A DNA stretch of 64,000 nt from an uncultured Clostridia bacterium (GTDB lineage: Bacteria > Bacillota > Clostridia > Christensenellales > UBA1242). The notes under the pieces were generated by a model. The model had not been told where the DNA came from. It saw only the letters and a list, made by a program, of their open reading frames with translations, and did not search any database. Position 1 is the stretch's first letter; each line of letters opens with the position of its first letter. Of this stretch, positions 23,801 through 28,543 are shown piece after piece. Position numbers and translations under genes: made by a program. Location: the NCBI GenBank assembly GCA_944381825.1, contig CALWMK010000001.1, forward strand, positions 13,598-77,597, written 5' to 3'.

Positions 23801-24028
23801 AAAAACTGATGACAAAACCTTTTTGCTACCAGAAACAGTTGCAATCACAGACACGGTGTCATCTTGGGTTACGCCAAGATAAATAGTAACATTTGACTTG
23901 TCAACTGTAAGTTTCATGTTTTTATATGGGTCAGTACAAGCAACCAGCAAACTTGAAAAAGCAAAAAACATAGCAAAAAGAATTACTACTAATATTTTCG
24001 GTCTCACTCTCTCAATTTTATATTTCAT
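5900..24028 (-). CDS. Giant (about 6,042 aa) N-terminally lipidated surface protein with Ig-like arrays, repeated GLUG/beta-helix cassettes, a glycine-rich block and C-terminal Ig-like domains.
   Basis: The track shows one uninterrupted ORF at 5900-24052, starting from a GTG. I prefer the ATG at 24026-24028, which lies 5 nt after GGAGG. The N-terminus MKYKIERVRPKILVVILFAMFFAFSSLLVAC is a signal peptide plus lipobox. Recurrent GLUG-type turns include VGGLVAKNNG, AGFVINNNG, VGGIVGFVKG, IGGIVGLAKN, FGGLVGINTG, YAGGLFGLQ and AGGICVYNFG. There is no LPXTG tail. Confidence 0.85.
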   Translation of the reverse strand: MKYKIERVRPKILVVILFAMFFAFSSLLVACTDPYKNMKLTVDKSNVTIYLGVTQDDTVSVIATVSGSKKVLSSVFFSPDSNKVSIVETNYLGEGKTEVKIKGLVPCSLDVKVQTLENNVSTKIHVDVVQPITSLTQKLSIQPYVLRGENNLIDVSKYVNFNPSNTLQKDVELALLNNYEGISLSFVDGNYYLNVDDESANSLKTITISVSSTNRNIAPLNLDFDILSPFNFESDNFKLTYEQTQGEINLKPTQGETPSIYLAHNDEDFAQAIVSLEVPYTDKEIIIEPKITNDTLATIVKKTYTKTNNSLRLDVLIASGNRVGDDCYLYFDLKYDGYNYLYSTQEFKTKLFSYDIVKSIVVDGTSVTNNQSIEMDIYSSYANSYGRFIEVQTFPTTVLEKYKTLYLSSQDLDKIEILNEEGKPFNKNENGHYEIKDGQGFYVRAKQSSTEQAEILITSSFSADFYSGTERVIECSILLNLYEGANELKFYAGENNEIIEPKFYIDNSKQSTETIYFYVAPANVKLENFTVESEGDFTTSDIFSVSEVLDSENVIIGKIFAVNLTSKATKQNQVGFIEISCGNGRRIYAPVNLIVPITDNARITTQSPQNNDNIGYLKYDNVAGSDFAVAITNGNSSEIAFDTQNATFEVFYRFLESEKDDANYSTFGDEIALGNYSENCSFLNLTNLQIFSQLSALHEGKIWVEVNLKGKELVKQDGLYQYTSLQDKVVKKYFFVEIYNPVISFTSSVSSIDLFALDSVGYYNQNLAKASVKISVNENKLPATYNTIECKDGDLGDNGDYFSWNFDQNSGILSVVANSMISKKDETRTYGNDGHFTFIVDEFGVKKYVTVRVFLKSAERVNGINLNNVNEEEGIYLELTQNSTFKIDASIENLSAFNKNLMFGFVSDLSTSSDFITIDSFTGLIKANHGGAGYIIVAPQDAYVSDEKGQPVLEDKLGVSKKIRIVVADGKSRTTSIRINDLNEIKDTTLHYTLMQDVEIPATWQTRAFSGGLYGCLEGQSPKTITTTKTIFDILASNAIIQDLIVMGQISGQAFVANSNYGEINNVIVDTFLKNNEFEPSKISNNVDVLVGGLVAKNNGTIVQSCFFGQIDSSGIVGGIAGENNGVINLCQVEFYKFNDTLASSIKGEIVGGLVGINGEKATLSNSYCYNYHDQDCLVGTEVGALTGENKGKIFNCFAKTNVGNLTDESWGNDGSVSAQNIQNCYIFEVKIDTQNYKFINNEKKYYSEGRNIFQSDFASFYNGKINIGSNSIWKVSANKNDGYPYLSTISQNDANELVSLKLSKSGQVLVDENNKLAIFMFFEKEDNITTTASEDAVIRSWNTIPFTKLFGVENANGIRVSVTSGDANVLTITNNSLILEKVGKVKISVFSKYDFSLKTEYEIEVIYNISNFEIIYNGEKLNDNSTLRIKKNSTDYILTSLDDQKIALGKVIKLKQNKSLQIKFDDNVKKYVISNANQHVIDTTSFEKSSIRFDVNILCEDKEDSVNDLLTQNFSHYFTVSTFKGADSIDINYSDFSHFTPKDEIIFESVLYTDDKDDFLNILITDKYNSSMLNYDTSYNAMFEGQNGEISSVVKKYEVLENGIWVVKNYNELDNYQYYKITLQTRLKMLQEFWSLDFGSLELNINVSASSVKEVCDDVKLILDSLFVEKISFSSHTYKNWEKESGYIFNQEPNNVVSPGQSNLLKINIYPHQANFEYIEITSNSVDSNNIYLQLLKANNEGYLRDTIGFVRIDNGIRILKQNFGYSSIGEYFVLMTIPSMINIDTIFTITAKVVKSSGDIVKESTFNVVCRPIIEAKLTINDEEQIVMAKGTSATLQAIVQKDQEISSLTTFVEGEGELYGISLGEMTSIIDDSRNVKVYTCKLFVSEDVRFINMQEPIFYVKAVASKVVDGTLVEVSTSVKIVVVDFLIENITLDNNSDVLSAYVGIEKGLDFNFETTMWNGQNIVDDNILESIDSLNRLVATFKEHNYLLREEIPYSNKYYILNYHEDDANINYKNFLNNLYYVNADGSSTKVLSSDGSIIANPYFNFIFSGNGVSSDTIFGTNLKIKAFSTGEQNMKFVFAYLTPDGNKHEITYNFTISITTYTDEDKPVQISTAEDFYAIANEAQAQDYILMNDLELTLHTPFDTSKINSFDGNNRVITIRSFDLTQRQGSSIQLALFSSVTSNSILKNITVNYYHLNNLVVDTSVFKTVELAGFAISNAGIITNCHVLAIETNSNLPSPIGAVGLSLAYNIGQIGGEVSSTLAGFVINNNGVITNSRVGGEEFEVARATSVSSLSQGMHELNNFTLSAQGNIVGFVYSNNGKISSSFTNKIDIKNDSAAGLNTISAGFVGFNTSGEISLSYSKGAYADYQELKTTGTAISTNSIGAGFVYNNNSKISNCYSNIMLKDVSNTSGRNSAGFVYVNSGNIEQCYSSSLIENSKTTQMDFNGVDDYGNLLNTGTITNSYYYNPKSSDSITSDMEETYSSGVLRVDTLVSSDIFYGFSFASVNSQDGVWTMTSSRGPELISANEIAVSSRYILTADDGNDFMFVYEEGYEYGSSKNPILIRNASEFNEVFGKSNSSAIKEYYNLSNNTVFGNYRMINDIDLSELVEEQEEYKLSSSNMSLYGGVFEGNNMTIDNLELAAPANLQQQSFGLFSKIENNAIFKNTNITLIGINAGNIQNVGAVAGILSDSKIVNIKLSAVYGTTGNVLGQNVVGGIVGFVKGNSSLINLSVSDIVVTADFYNENIERQPYIRFAENSQIDNNALSYAGGIAGIVDIYTPDFFADIVYSADRIMSFSNIASLKTLGSFQVKGATAGGVLGYLGLNSACRDLSVEVSRTGNNFNQKITAYKFAAGGLIGENYGDVTQSKIEHSSEIQDLIENNVSAYYNKVSDNKGYMDLFSTSANENYSPIFVGGLIGQTFSGNISNSYSKINVYSNAAFVGGLIGGIGDYFYSTNSPKNLGRNYFDQVYAFGDVYSTKADGLVGGLFGFVEYIGESINEENSIATIIINGANAVNFFNREYEDNDFELNGNIYNLKNIYDFYASTFYNGTIVRADEYDKSVALMSLTEDNANESERNKILNYVISSFTVDQKTYEPKRSVYLKTNNNNIKTINSKLESFNSITNPSVDGNYIDVAFRNNNWDLEKWERKTNWLLPKIVFTVSSSVYYIRTSSDLYLMEKYPDKTFIIIGTGLSENGEKVYVDCSDIEQLDIKNFRGVLKGYMPDRSSTTYPQDGKPLFGLKNLNLSDALITNASNGAVFSDFILLDCHVNNYDDTTSTKASAILVNSAQGVVFRNLIIENCYINTINSNAALVVGDAENSLFDTIDINNFLGRDMVSQSSFKDSNVENLNSALVVAKVSGFRTTNIKNVIITNDFKNYGINVNPTNLQSNNTTVNSGLIVGCAEGGIVKFDYEIKDNEKDSNFIINGEVMIFVANNALNDKIEQNINIGSLAGIISATSFNINGFTDIGKCSLNVAGAFKNSNIGGIVGLAKNSFSIKNNNKNYNFNIYNNIIYSDTGTTGISNLGGIIASTEGSFTASNVQVSADNACQISSIKETNVGGVIGYARKNLNIDGVIISKNLKFEIKSTNLVGGNFGGFIGKFDYIEEQTSSRSKITKSYSYLNFDLTNFNGNVNFGGAIANVQSRKTDLNILEISESYFGNDLEFNTFKNMEYNLGGILGYCFGFIGESDTVSGKSISLNNNIAYGNIIQKVNSIENVEVYAGGLVGQGTANTNLQNNIVLTTIEQLQIPTTTKNHVKALVANGAYGINSFENFYCSQITLCTDSYLNEHFENGNTKLSTNLSYSSILERILNAEELINGEINNGSDKFGHKLKPFELTNFIDLTDIKDESNSLASGKKIYYRLVEDINYVDNSLNINNKNFALIGDGKTIAISNKEGRIFDEIPQNSFVSGISILVPSQIYMPDSYEKFQVRDEKEVLIAEYKNIYAPLSAVNNGIVFACAIKGQPNEFSDIDAKLDSRAKIFANSQYFGGLVGINTGLISDCLTEIELVNIAKTTKVEENGKLEINESITSGFVAVNYGFIANSYSGGTINAPNGTIYAFNYDAIKLDGENEKVFGDVRSCFSIAQACNSSSEKLESSTIKYNSFVFGAGADKTCFYDVYATGVSDGSQAIKLITSQMNNGFEINENDLVKNDLQNLNSFKNELSKINFASYITDNFVFEGLNNYGYPSFGNSYISEEYNYLKIEGINANQQILVGNIGVLRLAAISALNNLNNPSNNRKNIVLINNIKVTSDMGCVNDIEFKPTDVYNFDVIEEITNVNIDGNNQSISGIKIGSNSIPFEIDKQYFGIFTTIRNCDIANLILSEGNVIVNTEEANNYYVGTLAGRLDGVVLNNVKNLGMNVKAQSSRTIYVGGISGYVSSSTIQDVTNSASVVSTTLEKSENICYAGGLFGLQEDTFVTKCDNQGAIIAGSNSATNAFSAGITADVKDNRRTSNIENCINFGLVTSLVQDFEEITNEYTDLDLNGGIIEFSKNIEIYVQDEYALYYTGLDISAGSDKGFTSLKNIGSAYENATEPLQTLEQMQRKVAITFAKTDNYGFSNAISNNYNANNCFNNGKVESTEGQKIVKFEVYNQQIIPDQTGFIYLQIQPYKQWSIMDATAMNSYLSEDYENRTQVHALSQNFRYTMDKTERTPLKGIASNQVDIYGYEPREDFVLSYKKAFNNGMPIFEDSANFSLGDGNTGIDLERLKEFLTDDAISYLQKEHNLNSNTISFDYKEFESIEIEDENPSNIGDGSKENPFLVQNEKQFLYALKYANSMILDKNYLSLGTAVKVNEKFAGLLFGNDSLVSFETQGQVSLFNNIDKTGEIENLKILYLNYGASDASPLSNFNYGSIKDVTTFGTIGYKKTISNGKVVEEKLSDENQHFVSGLVQTNNGVINSSNNYMLLFGTSGKNGNNLGENGISANFLAGIAGETTGNILNCYSFGSFVGGNGGNGRYGKDGESGKYANIENNRSAENGTNGGNGGHGGNASVIGGVVGLINVEEKNINVSGDNFGIVISGQGGAGGNGGNGGSGGDADFLMHTFNYEILPAGAGGAGGAGGNGGSVIVGRVAGVSNINIPYNDGNYLFESYQLPGLAGQGGAGGRGGNGIINLGTGASIAGKLYINSQLWGQFIGTCDVGYAGGGGGAGGNGYNGNTSQALAFSYLTSTNKENFVATSGEIGQSVNDRRMLDKDYNGQIWASGGKGGTGSSNGQNGQNSRNFKQNISWYIGDSIGQSLIDWIINCSFDFNFRQYESFGLAGEPSELNSLRLDIDGSNMIGYSTSPLRIENKICKVESLSELSLALSLFEAYNANPDDIYQDFTTIQLQNDFGTTDDILTLKEAMEVPEGCTIDGNGKTIYYSGSGRNIFLFERVNGTVNNLKIYCEINNLEDKITQGSDLLTNDLGERGKINNCVLDNRSNIQSDFYKEFYMAKFKVKALSNNLINFKRQTPFEGAGTNNAPFEINRNNFDDFVSLVNECDESINFVFELTENVSIEKNENEFVINNFYGTLDGSKMGLDSSIKFAVSINDLGLQNAYYAFVKNNYGTLTDLKIDGTLTQTSFAQVNYGIIKNCVTKDTAIINNETGLAGGICLANRGEIINCTNQATITACADAGGICVYNFGDIKDDGNAKETYNRGKVSAGNGRDSYFVLEDNTLKLKEAYSAGKGGNAAGIAVYNAGSISNAINTGEIKAGNGGKGNIISGIIIDNSPNKTLVYNSQDGGEAAGICVYNSMVYDVDDNLNFIDVNIDSQAVLNGCQNTGKVIGGFGGDSDDDRIIVGNGGDASGIVCFNYMSGYIYENGQTNLSVLTNYGKVKTASNTGIIIAGNGGMDKNINAGGFGGNAGAISSNTLNNILYKENENIFTYNQGGQVNAGNGNIVGNIIIFKIPTDGENMIYINTIIIELGKSEYLVGEELMATVSFVDENGYATELNPVQYQIVQFSTASEGNYTAWVISEIDGKTYSQKFAYSVKTAILNGDYKKPYAIGDSLSTENMLLNFYDNKLKQVPVNQDMIISFDGSFSGVSLL

Positions 24029-24084
24029 CAATTCCTCCGAATTCAAATACACCGTTAATTTAGTGTAAAGAATATTTAAAAATA

Positions 24085-24106
24085 TATACTCTCTAAAGAG
24101 AGTATA
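24085..24106. promoter_or_regulatory. Perfect 22-bp palindrome (10-bp arms, 2-nt centre) overlapping the -10 and start region of the giant-gene promoter; candidate operator.
   Basis: TATACTCTCT-AA-AGAGAGTATA read directly from the sequence. Confidence 0.5.
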
Positions 24107-24129
24107 AATAAAATAATTAATTAAGTCAA
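24101..24129 (-). promoter_or_regulatory. Putative sigma-A promoter of the giant gene: TTGACT, 17 nt spacer, TATACT.
   Basis: On the minus strand the -35 TTGACT is at 24124-24129 and the -10 TATACT at 24101-24106. The -10 lies about 73 nt upstream of the ATG. Confidence 0.45.
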
Positions 24130-24231
24130 ATTATTTGTGTATAAATTCTATAAATTAATTTTTAATAATATTTTTAATTAATATTTGACTTTTTTTTATT
24201 TTCTTGATATTTTCAAAAAAAAGGTTAAAAA

Positions 24232-24921
24232 ATGAGAAAAATAGAGAGCAAAACACAAAAGGCAATAAATGATTTTAATTTAATTGAAAATAACGATAAA
24301 ATTGCTGTTGGCTTATCTGGAGGAAAAGATAGTTTAATACTATTAAAGGCTCTTGCAAAAATTAAAAAATATTATAAAAAATCTTTTGAATTAATTGCAA
24401 TTGCTGTTGATATTTCAAACGGAAAAATAAACTTTTCTAAAATAAAAAAATTTTGTCAGCAATTGAATGTTGATTTTTATGTTGCAAATTCAGATATCCA
24501 AAATATAGTATTTAACATAAGAAAAGAAAAAAATCCTTGTTCACTTTGCGCCAATTTGCGCCGTGGAATTTTAAATAGTAAAGCCAAAGAACTTGGATGC
24601 AACAAAGTTGCATTAGCTCATCACAACGATGATTTAATTGAAACATTTTTGTTAAATATGTTGTTTGAAGGAAGATTGTCTTGCTTTAAGCCAAAAACAT
24701 TTCTTTCTAGACTTGAAATTGAAGTAATAAGACCATTAATTTATGTTTCTGAAAAAGAAATACTTGACTTATCCAAAGATTTGCCAATAGTTAAGAATCC
24801 TTGTCCTGCAAATCATAAAACCCAAAGAGAAAATATGAAAAAAATGATTTTAAAAATTGAAAAATTTCAACCAGAATTTAAAAAAAGAATTTTTAATATT
24901 ATTTTAAATAATATTTTTTAA
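24232..24921 (+). CDS. ttcA: tRNA 2-thiocytidine synthetase TtcA (PP-loop ATPase).
   Basis: SGGKDS PP-loop and the PCSLCANLRRGIL motif, close to the remembered E. coli TtcA PCSLCSRLRRGIL. Possible TTGACT-17-TATTTT promoter at 24185-24213. Confidence 0.8.
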   Translation: MRKIESKTQKAINDFNLIENNDKIAVGLSGGKDSLILLKALAKIKKYYKKSFELIAIAVDISNGKINFSKIKKFCQQLNVDFYVANSDIQNIVFNIRKEKNPCSLCANLRRGILNSKAKELGCNKVALAHHNDDLIETFLLNMLFEGRLSCFKPKTFLSRLEIEVIRPLIYVSEKEILDLSKDLPIVKNPCPANHKTQRENMKKMILKIEKFQPEFKKRIFNIILNNIF

Positions 24922-25166
24922 TTTTTTTTATATTTTTCTGCCGTAAATTTTCCACCTCTTAAATGTTTTTGTGAAAAATTATATTTTAAAATTTTTTTCA
25001 CTTTTAAATACATAAAAAAATTTATTTTTTTTAATCTTTTAGACAAATCATTGTGTACTGTACTTTTTGAAACATCAAAAATTTGAGCACATTTTCTAAC
25101 AGTGTCATGTGTTTTCATAACATGTCTAGCCAGTGTAAGAGTGCGTTTTTTTATGTAATCTTCCAT
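24918..25166 (-). CDS. spoIIID: Stage III sporulation DNA-binding regulator SpoIIID homolog.
   Basis: The 82-aa product MEDYIKKRT...VSKSTVHNDLSKRL...KHLRGG...KYKK closely follows the remembered B. subtilis SpoIIID (MHDYIKERT...VSKSTVHKDL...RHLRGG). GAGG RBS. Confidence 0.85.
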   Translation of the reverse strand: MEDYIKKRTLTLARHVMKTHDTVRKCAQIFDVSKSTVHNDLSKRLKKINFFMYLKVKKILKYNFSQKHLRGGKFTAEKYKKN

Positions 25167-25214
25167 TGTTTACCTCTTGCTAAACTATATGTCGGAAACT
25201 GACAAAATATGTCT

Positions 25215-25242
25215 AAAAAAAACAGACGGACAATCCGTCTGT
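25215..25242 (-). terminator. Intrinsic terminator of aspS.
   Basis: 9-bp stem ACAGACGGA/TCCGTCTGT with a 3-nt loop, followed on the minus strand by a T-run. Confidence 0.75.
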
Positions 25243-25271
25243 ATATTATAATTTTTATAAACACAATAATT

Positions 25272-27032
25272 TTATTTTTTTTCTTTTAAACAAAGTCCAA
25301 GTTCATCAAGTTGTTTTTGATCAACTTTGTTAGGTGCACCCATCATGAGGTCTTGCGCATTTTTATTAAGCGGAAAGGCAATGACATCTCTAATGACATT
25401 TGTGTCTAAAAGTAGCATAACAACTCTGTCAAATCCAAAAGCAAGCCCAGCATGAGGTGGTGCCCCAAAGGAAAAAGCATCGTACAGTGCTGGAAACTTG
25501 CTTTCAACTACTTCTTTTTCATAGCCTGCCATTTCAAAAACTTTTAACATTATGTCTGGCTCGTGATTTCTAACCGCGCCGCTGGCAAGTTCAATTCCAT
25601 TAAGCACCAAATCGTATTGATATGCGACAATATCAAGAGGATTTTTTGTTAAAATTGCATTCATTCCACCTTGTGGCATCGAAAAAGGATTATGTGAAAA
25701 ATCTAGTTTATTTTCATCTTCATTCCATTCAAAAAAAGGAAAATCAACAATCCAGCAAAAATGAAACTTGTTTTTATCAATTAATTCAAGTCTTTCACCA
25801 AGTTCATTTCTCAGTGCGCCTGTTAATTTAATGGCTTTTTGTTTGTTTTGGTCAGCAACTAAGAAAATCACATCACCCTTTTTAGCTTTTAAAAGCTTAA
25901 TTAAATCTGACTTTTCTTGTTCTGAGAGAAATTTTACAATAGAACCCGAAAGTTCTTCGTCCACCTTGACATAGGCCAAACCTTTGCCTTCATTTTTTAT
26001 AATAAATTTTGTTAAATCATCAAAAAAACTTCTAGGTTTGTCAAAAGCATTTGCACATATAGCAAAAATACTTGAATTTTTAAAAGCATTAAATTCAGTA
26101 TTTAAAAAAACATTTGTCACATCATGACACAATAATGGATTTCTTAAATCAGGTTTATCAGTGCAATATTTTAGCATTGATTCTTTATATGTTATTCTTT
26201 CAAAAGGTGCAGCTGTAATTTCTTTATTAGAATTGTTTTTCATAATACTAAAAAGAACAGATTCAATAACTTTAAACACATCTTCTTGAGTTGCAAAAGC
26301 CATTTCCATATCCATTTGATAAAATTCACCTGGACTTCTATCTGCTCTGGCATCTTCATCTCTAAAACAAGGGGCAATTTGAAAATACTTATCAAAACCA
26401 CTAATCATTAAAAGCTGTTTAAACTGTTGTGGAGCTTGTGGTAATGCAAAAAAATTTCCCTTATTAAGCCTGCTTGGCACAAGAAAATCTCTAGCACCTT
26501 CTGGCGATGATGAAGTCAATATAGGGGTCTGAATCTCTGTGAAACCTTTATCATGCATCATACATCTGATTTGATGCAAAATATTTGAGCGCACTACAAT
26601 TCTTTCATGATTTTCTTGGTTTCTTAAATCTAAAAATCTATATTTAAGTCTTAATTCTTCTTTTGTCAATTGACTTTCATCAATTTCAAAAGGCAAAACA
26701 CTTTTACAAAGAGAAAGTACTTTAATTTTTTTTGCATCAATTTCTATATCGCCCGTTTTCATTTTTGGGTTTTTGCTTTGTCTTTCGACAACGACACCTT
26801 CAATGCAAACAACACTTTCGCGAGTTATTCCATCAATCATATTTTCATCTTTAAAAAGCGCTTGAGTTACACCATAATGATCTCTAATTGTAACAAAAGC
26901 AATACCCCCCAACTTTCTAATGGCTCCAACCCAACCAGATAAAAACACATGTTCTCCAACATCGTTAATAGAAAGTTCACCACATGTATGAGTCCTATAA
27001 CAATTTTTATGAGCCAACTTAAATTCTTCCAT
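25272..27032 (-). CDS. aspS: Aspartyl-tRNA synthetase (class IIb), 586 aa.
   Basis: Bacterial AspRS-like sequence with FRDED..RADR and GLAFGFDR motifs. The start is moved to MEEFKLAH (ATG 27030-27032), which has a GGAGAA RBS. The track's N-terminal extension to 27113 has none. Confidence 0.9.
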   Translation of the reverse strand: MEEFKLAHKNCYRTHTCGELSINDVGEHVFLSGWVGAIRKLGGIAFVTIRDHYGVTQALFKDENMIDGITRESVVCIEGVVVERQSKNPKMKTGDIEIDAKKIKVLSLCKSVLPFEIDESQLTKEELRLKYRFLDLRNQENHERIVVRSNILHQIRCMMHDKGFTEIQTPILTSSSPEGARDFLVPSRLNKGNFFALPQAPQQFKQLLMISGFDKYFQIAPCFRDEDARADRSPGEFYQMDMEMAFATQEDVFKVIESVLFSIMKNNSNKEITAAPFERITYKESMLKYCTDKPDLRNPLLCHDVTNVFLNTEFNAFKNSSIFAICANAFDKPRSFFDDLTKFIIKNEGKGLAYVKVDEELSGSIVKFLSEQEKSDLIKLLKAKKGDVIFLVADQNKQKAIKLTGALRNELGERLELIDKNKFHFCWIVDFPFFEWNEDENKLDFSHNPFSMPQGGMNAILTKNPLDIVAYQYDLVLNGIELASGAVRNHEPDIMLKVFEMAGYEKEVVESKFPALYDAFSFGAPPHAGLAFGFDRVVMLLLDTNVIRDVIAFPLNKNAQDLMMGAPNKVDQKQLDELGLCLKEKK

Positions 27033-27180
27033 ATTTTCTCCTAATAATCTTACAATAAAAGGATAGTATTTTATGGTTAAAAAGTCAAGTAATAATGAAT
27101 TTTGTGATAACAAGGTTTTTTGTTGTGTTTTTTTAATAAGAAAGCTAAAATATATTTAATAAAATACAAGGAGACATTTG

Positions 27181-28422
27181 ATGAATAATTTAGAAAATTT
27201 AAAAAATGAAGATATTGAGGTTTATAACGCAATAAAACAAGAACTTTTAAGACAACAAAATACAATAGAATTAATTGCAAGCGAAAATTTTGTTTCAGAA
27301 GCTGTTTTAGAAACAGCAGGCTGTGTTTTTACAAACAAATATGCAGAAGGTTATAGTGGAAAAAGATACTATGGAGGTTGCAAAAATATAGACACTGTTG
27401 AAACTCTTGCAATTGAAAGATTAAAAAAATTATTTGAAGCCGAACATGCAAATGTTCAGCCCCATAGCGGTGCAAACGCAAATTTAGCTGTCTACTTTGC
27501 CCTTTTAAATGTTGGCGACACAATTATGGGTATGAGCCTGTCTTGTGGAGGACATTTAACTCATGGAAGTCCTGTAAACATCAGTGGTAAATATTTCAAT
27601 ATAATTCCTTATGGTGTTGATAAAAATGGCTATATAGATTATGACGAAGTAAGAAAATTGGCTTTAGAACATAAACCAAAATTAATTGTTGCTGGCGCAA
27701 GTGCCTATCCAAGAGAGATAGATTTTAAAAAATTTAGAGAAATTGCAGATGAAATTGGTGCCTATCTTATGGTTGACATGGCTCACATTGCTGGATTAGT
27801 TGCCGCTGGTTTACATCAAAGTCCTGTTCCCTACGCAGATGTAGTTACAAGCACAACGCATAAGACTCTTCGTGGTCCAAGAGGCGGAATTATTTTGTGT
27901 AAGGAAAAATATGCAAAACAAATTGATAAAGCAGTCTTTCCAGGAACACAAGGCGGACCACTTGAACATATTATAGCGGCAAAAGCGGTTTCATTTAAAG
28001 AGGCTTTATCAAAAGACTTTAAAGAATATCAAATGCAAATTGTTAAAAACGCAAAAGCTCTTTCTTTATCACTTTTGAATAAAGGTTTTAAACTTGTTTC
28101 TGGCGGAACAGATAACCACCTCATCTTGATTGACCTTTCAGACACTGAAATAACTGGAAAAGAATTTGAACACATGCTTGAAGAGGTTGGAATTACAACT
28201 AATAAAAATTCTGTTCCTAACGAAAAACGAAGTCCATTCATTACGAGTGGAATAAGAATTGGAACACCAAATATCACCACTCGTGGCATGAAAGAAACTG
28301 ATATGGAAGAAATTGCAGACATAATTTATGATGTTTTTAAAAATAATAAAGACAAAGAGGAATTAAAAGAAAGAGTAAAAATTCTTTGTAGCAAATATCC
28401 AATTTATGAAAAATTATGTTAG
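27181..28422 (+). CDS. glyA: Serine hydroxymethyltransferase.
   Basis: Conserved SHMT motifs [15 protein letters not shown] (PLP lysine) and YYGGC. AAGGAG RBS. The ATG at 27181 sits immediately after the track's TTG at 27178. Confidence 0.93.
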   Translation: MNNLENLKNEDIEVYNAIKQELLRQQNTIELIASENFVSEAVLETAGCVFTNKYAEGYSGKRYYGGCKNIDTVETLAIERLKKLFEAEHANVQPHSGANANLAVYFALLNVGDTIMGMSLSCGGHLTHGSPVNISGKYFNIIPYGVDKNGYIDYDEVRKLALEHKPKLIVAGASAYPREIDFKKFREIADEIGAYLMVDMAHIAGLVAAGLHQSPVPYADVVTSTTHKTLRGPRGGIILCKEKYAKQIDKAVFPGTQGGPLEHIIAAKAVSFKEALSKDFKEYQMQIVKNAKALSLSLLNKGFKLVSGGTDNHLILIDLSDTEITGKEFEHMLEEVGITTNKNSVPNEKRSPFITSGIRIGTPNITTRGMKETDMEEIADIIYDVFKNNKDKEELKERVKILCSKYPIYEKLC

Positions 28423-28471
28423 AAATTTTTAAATTTGTCGTCTAATTTTAATGTTAAATTTTAAAGTAATC

Positions 28472-28507
28472 AAAAAAAACAAATCAATTTAATTGATTTG
28501 TTTTTTT
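28472..28507. terminator. Bidirectional intrinsic terminator between the convergent glyA and GT2 genes.
   Basis: A8, stem CAAATCAATT/AATTGATTTG, then T7. Confidence 0.7.
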
Positions 28508-28543
28508 ATATTTAATTTAAATTTAACTAAACTAAAGCAAAAT

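Noticed and set aside
5900-24052. A diversity-generating retroelement targeting the C-terminal Ig-like domains of the giant protein or the 730-aa lipoprotein.
   Set aside because: The window contains no reverse transcriptase gene, and I noticed no template-repeat copy of the C-terminal coding region.
27033-27113. N-terminal extensions offered by the track for aspS, and likewise for acpP to 40079, polA to 39426, GT2 to 29872, the 33050 gene to 33487 and the giant gene to 24052.
   Set aside because: Internal starts have proper RBS spacing and match the expected protein N-termini. The extensions begin at TTG or GTG codons without an RBS.
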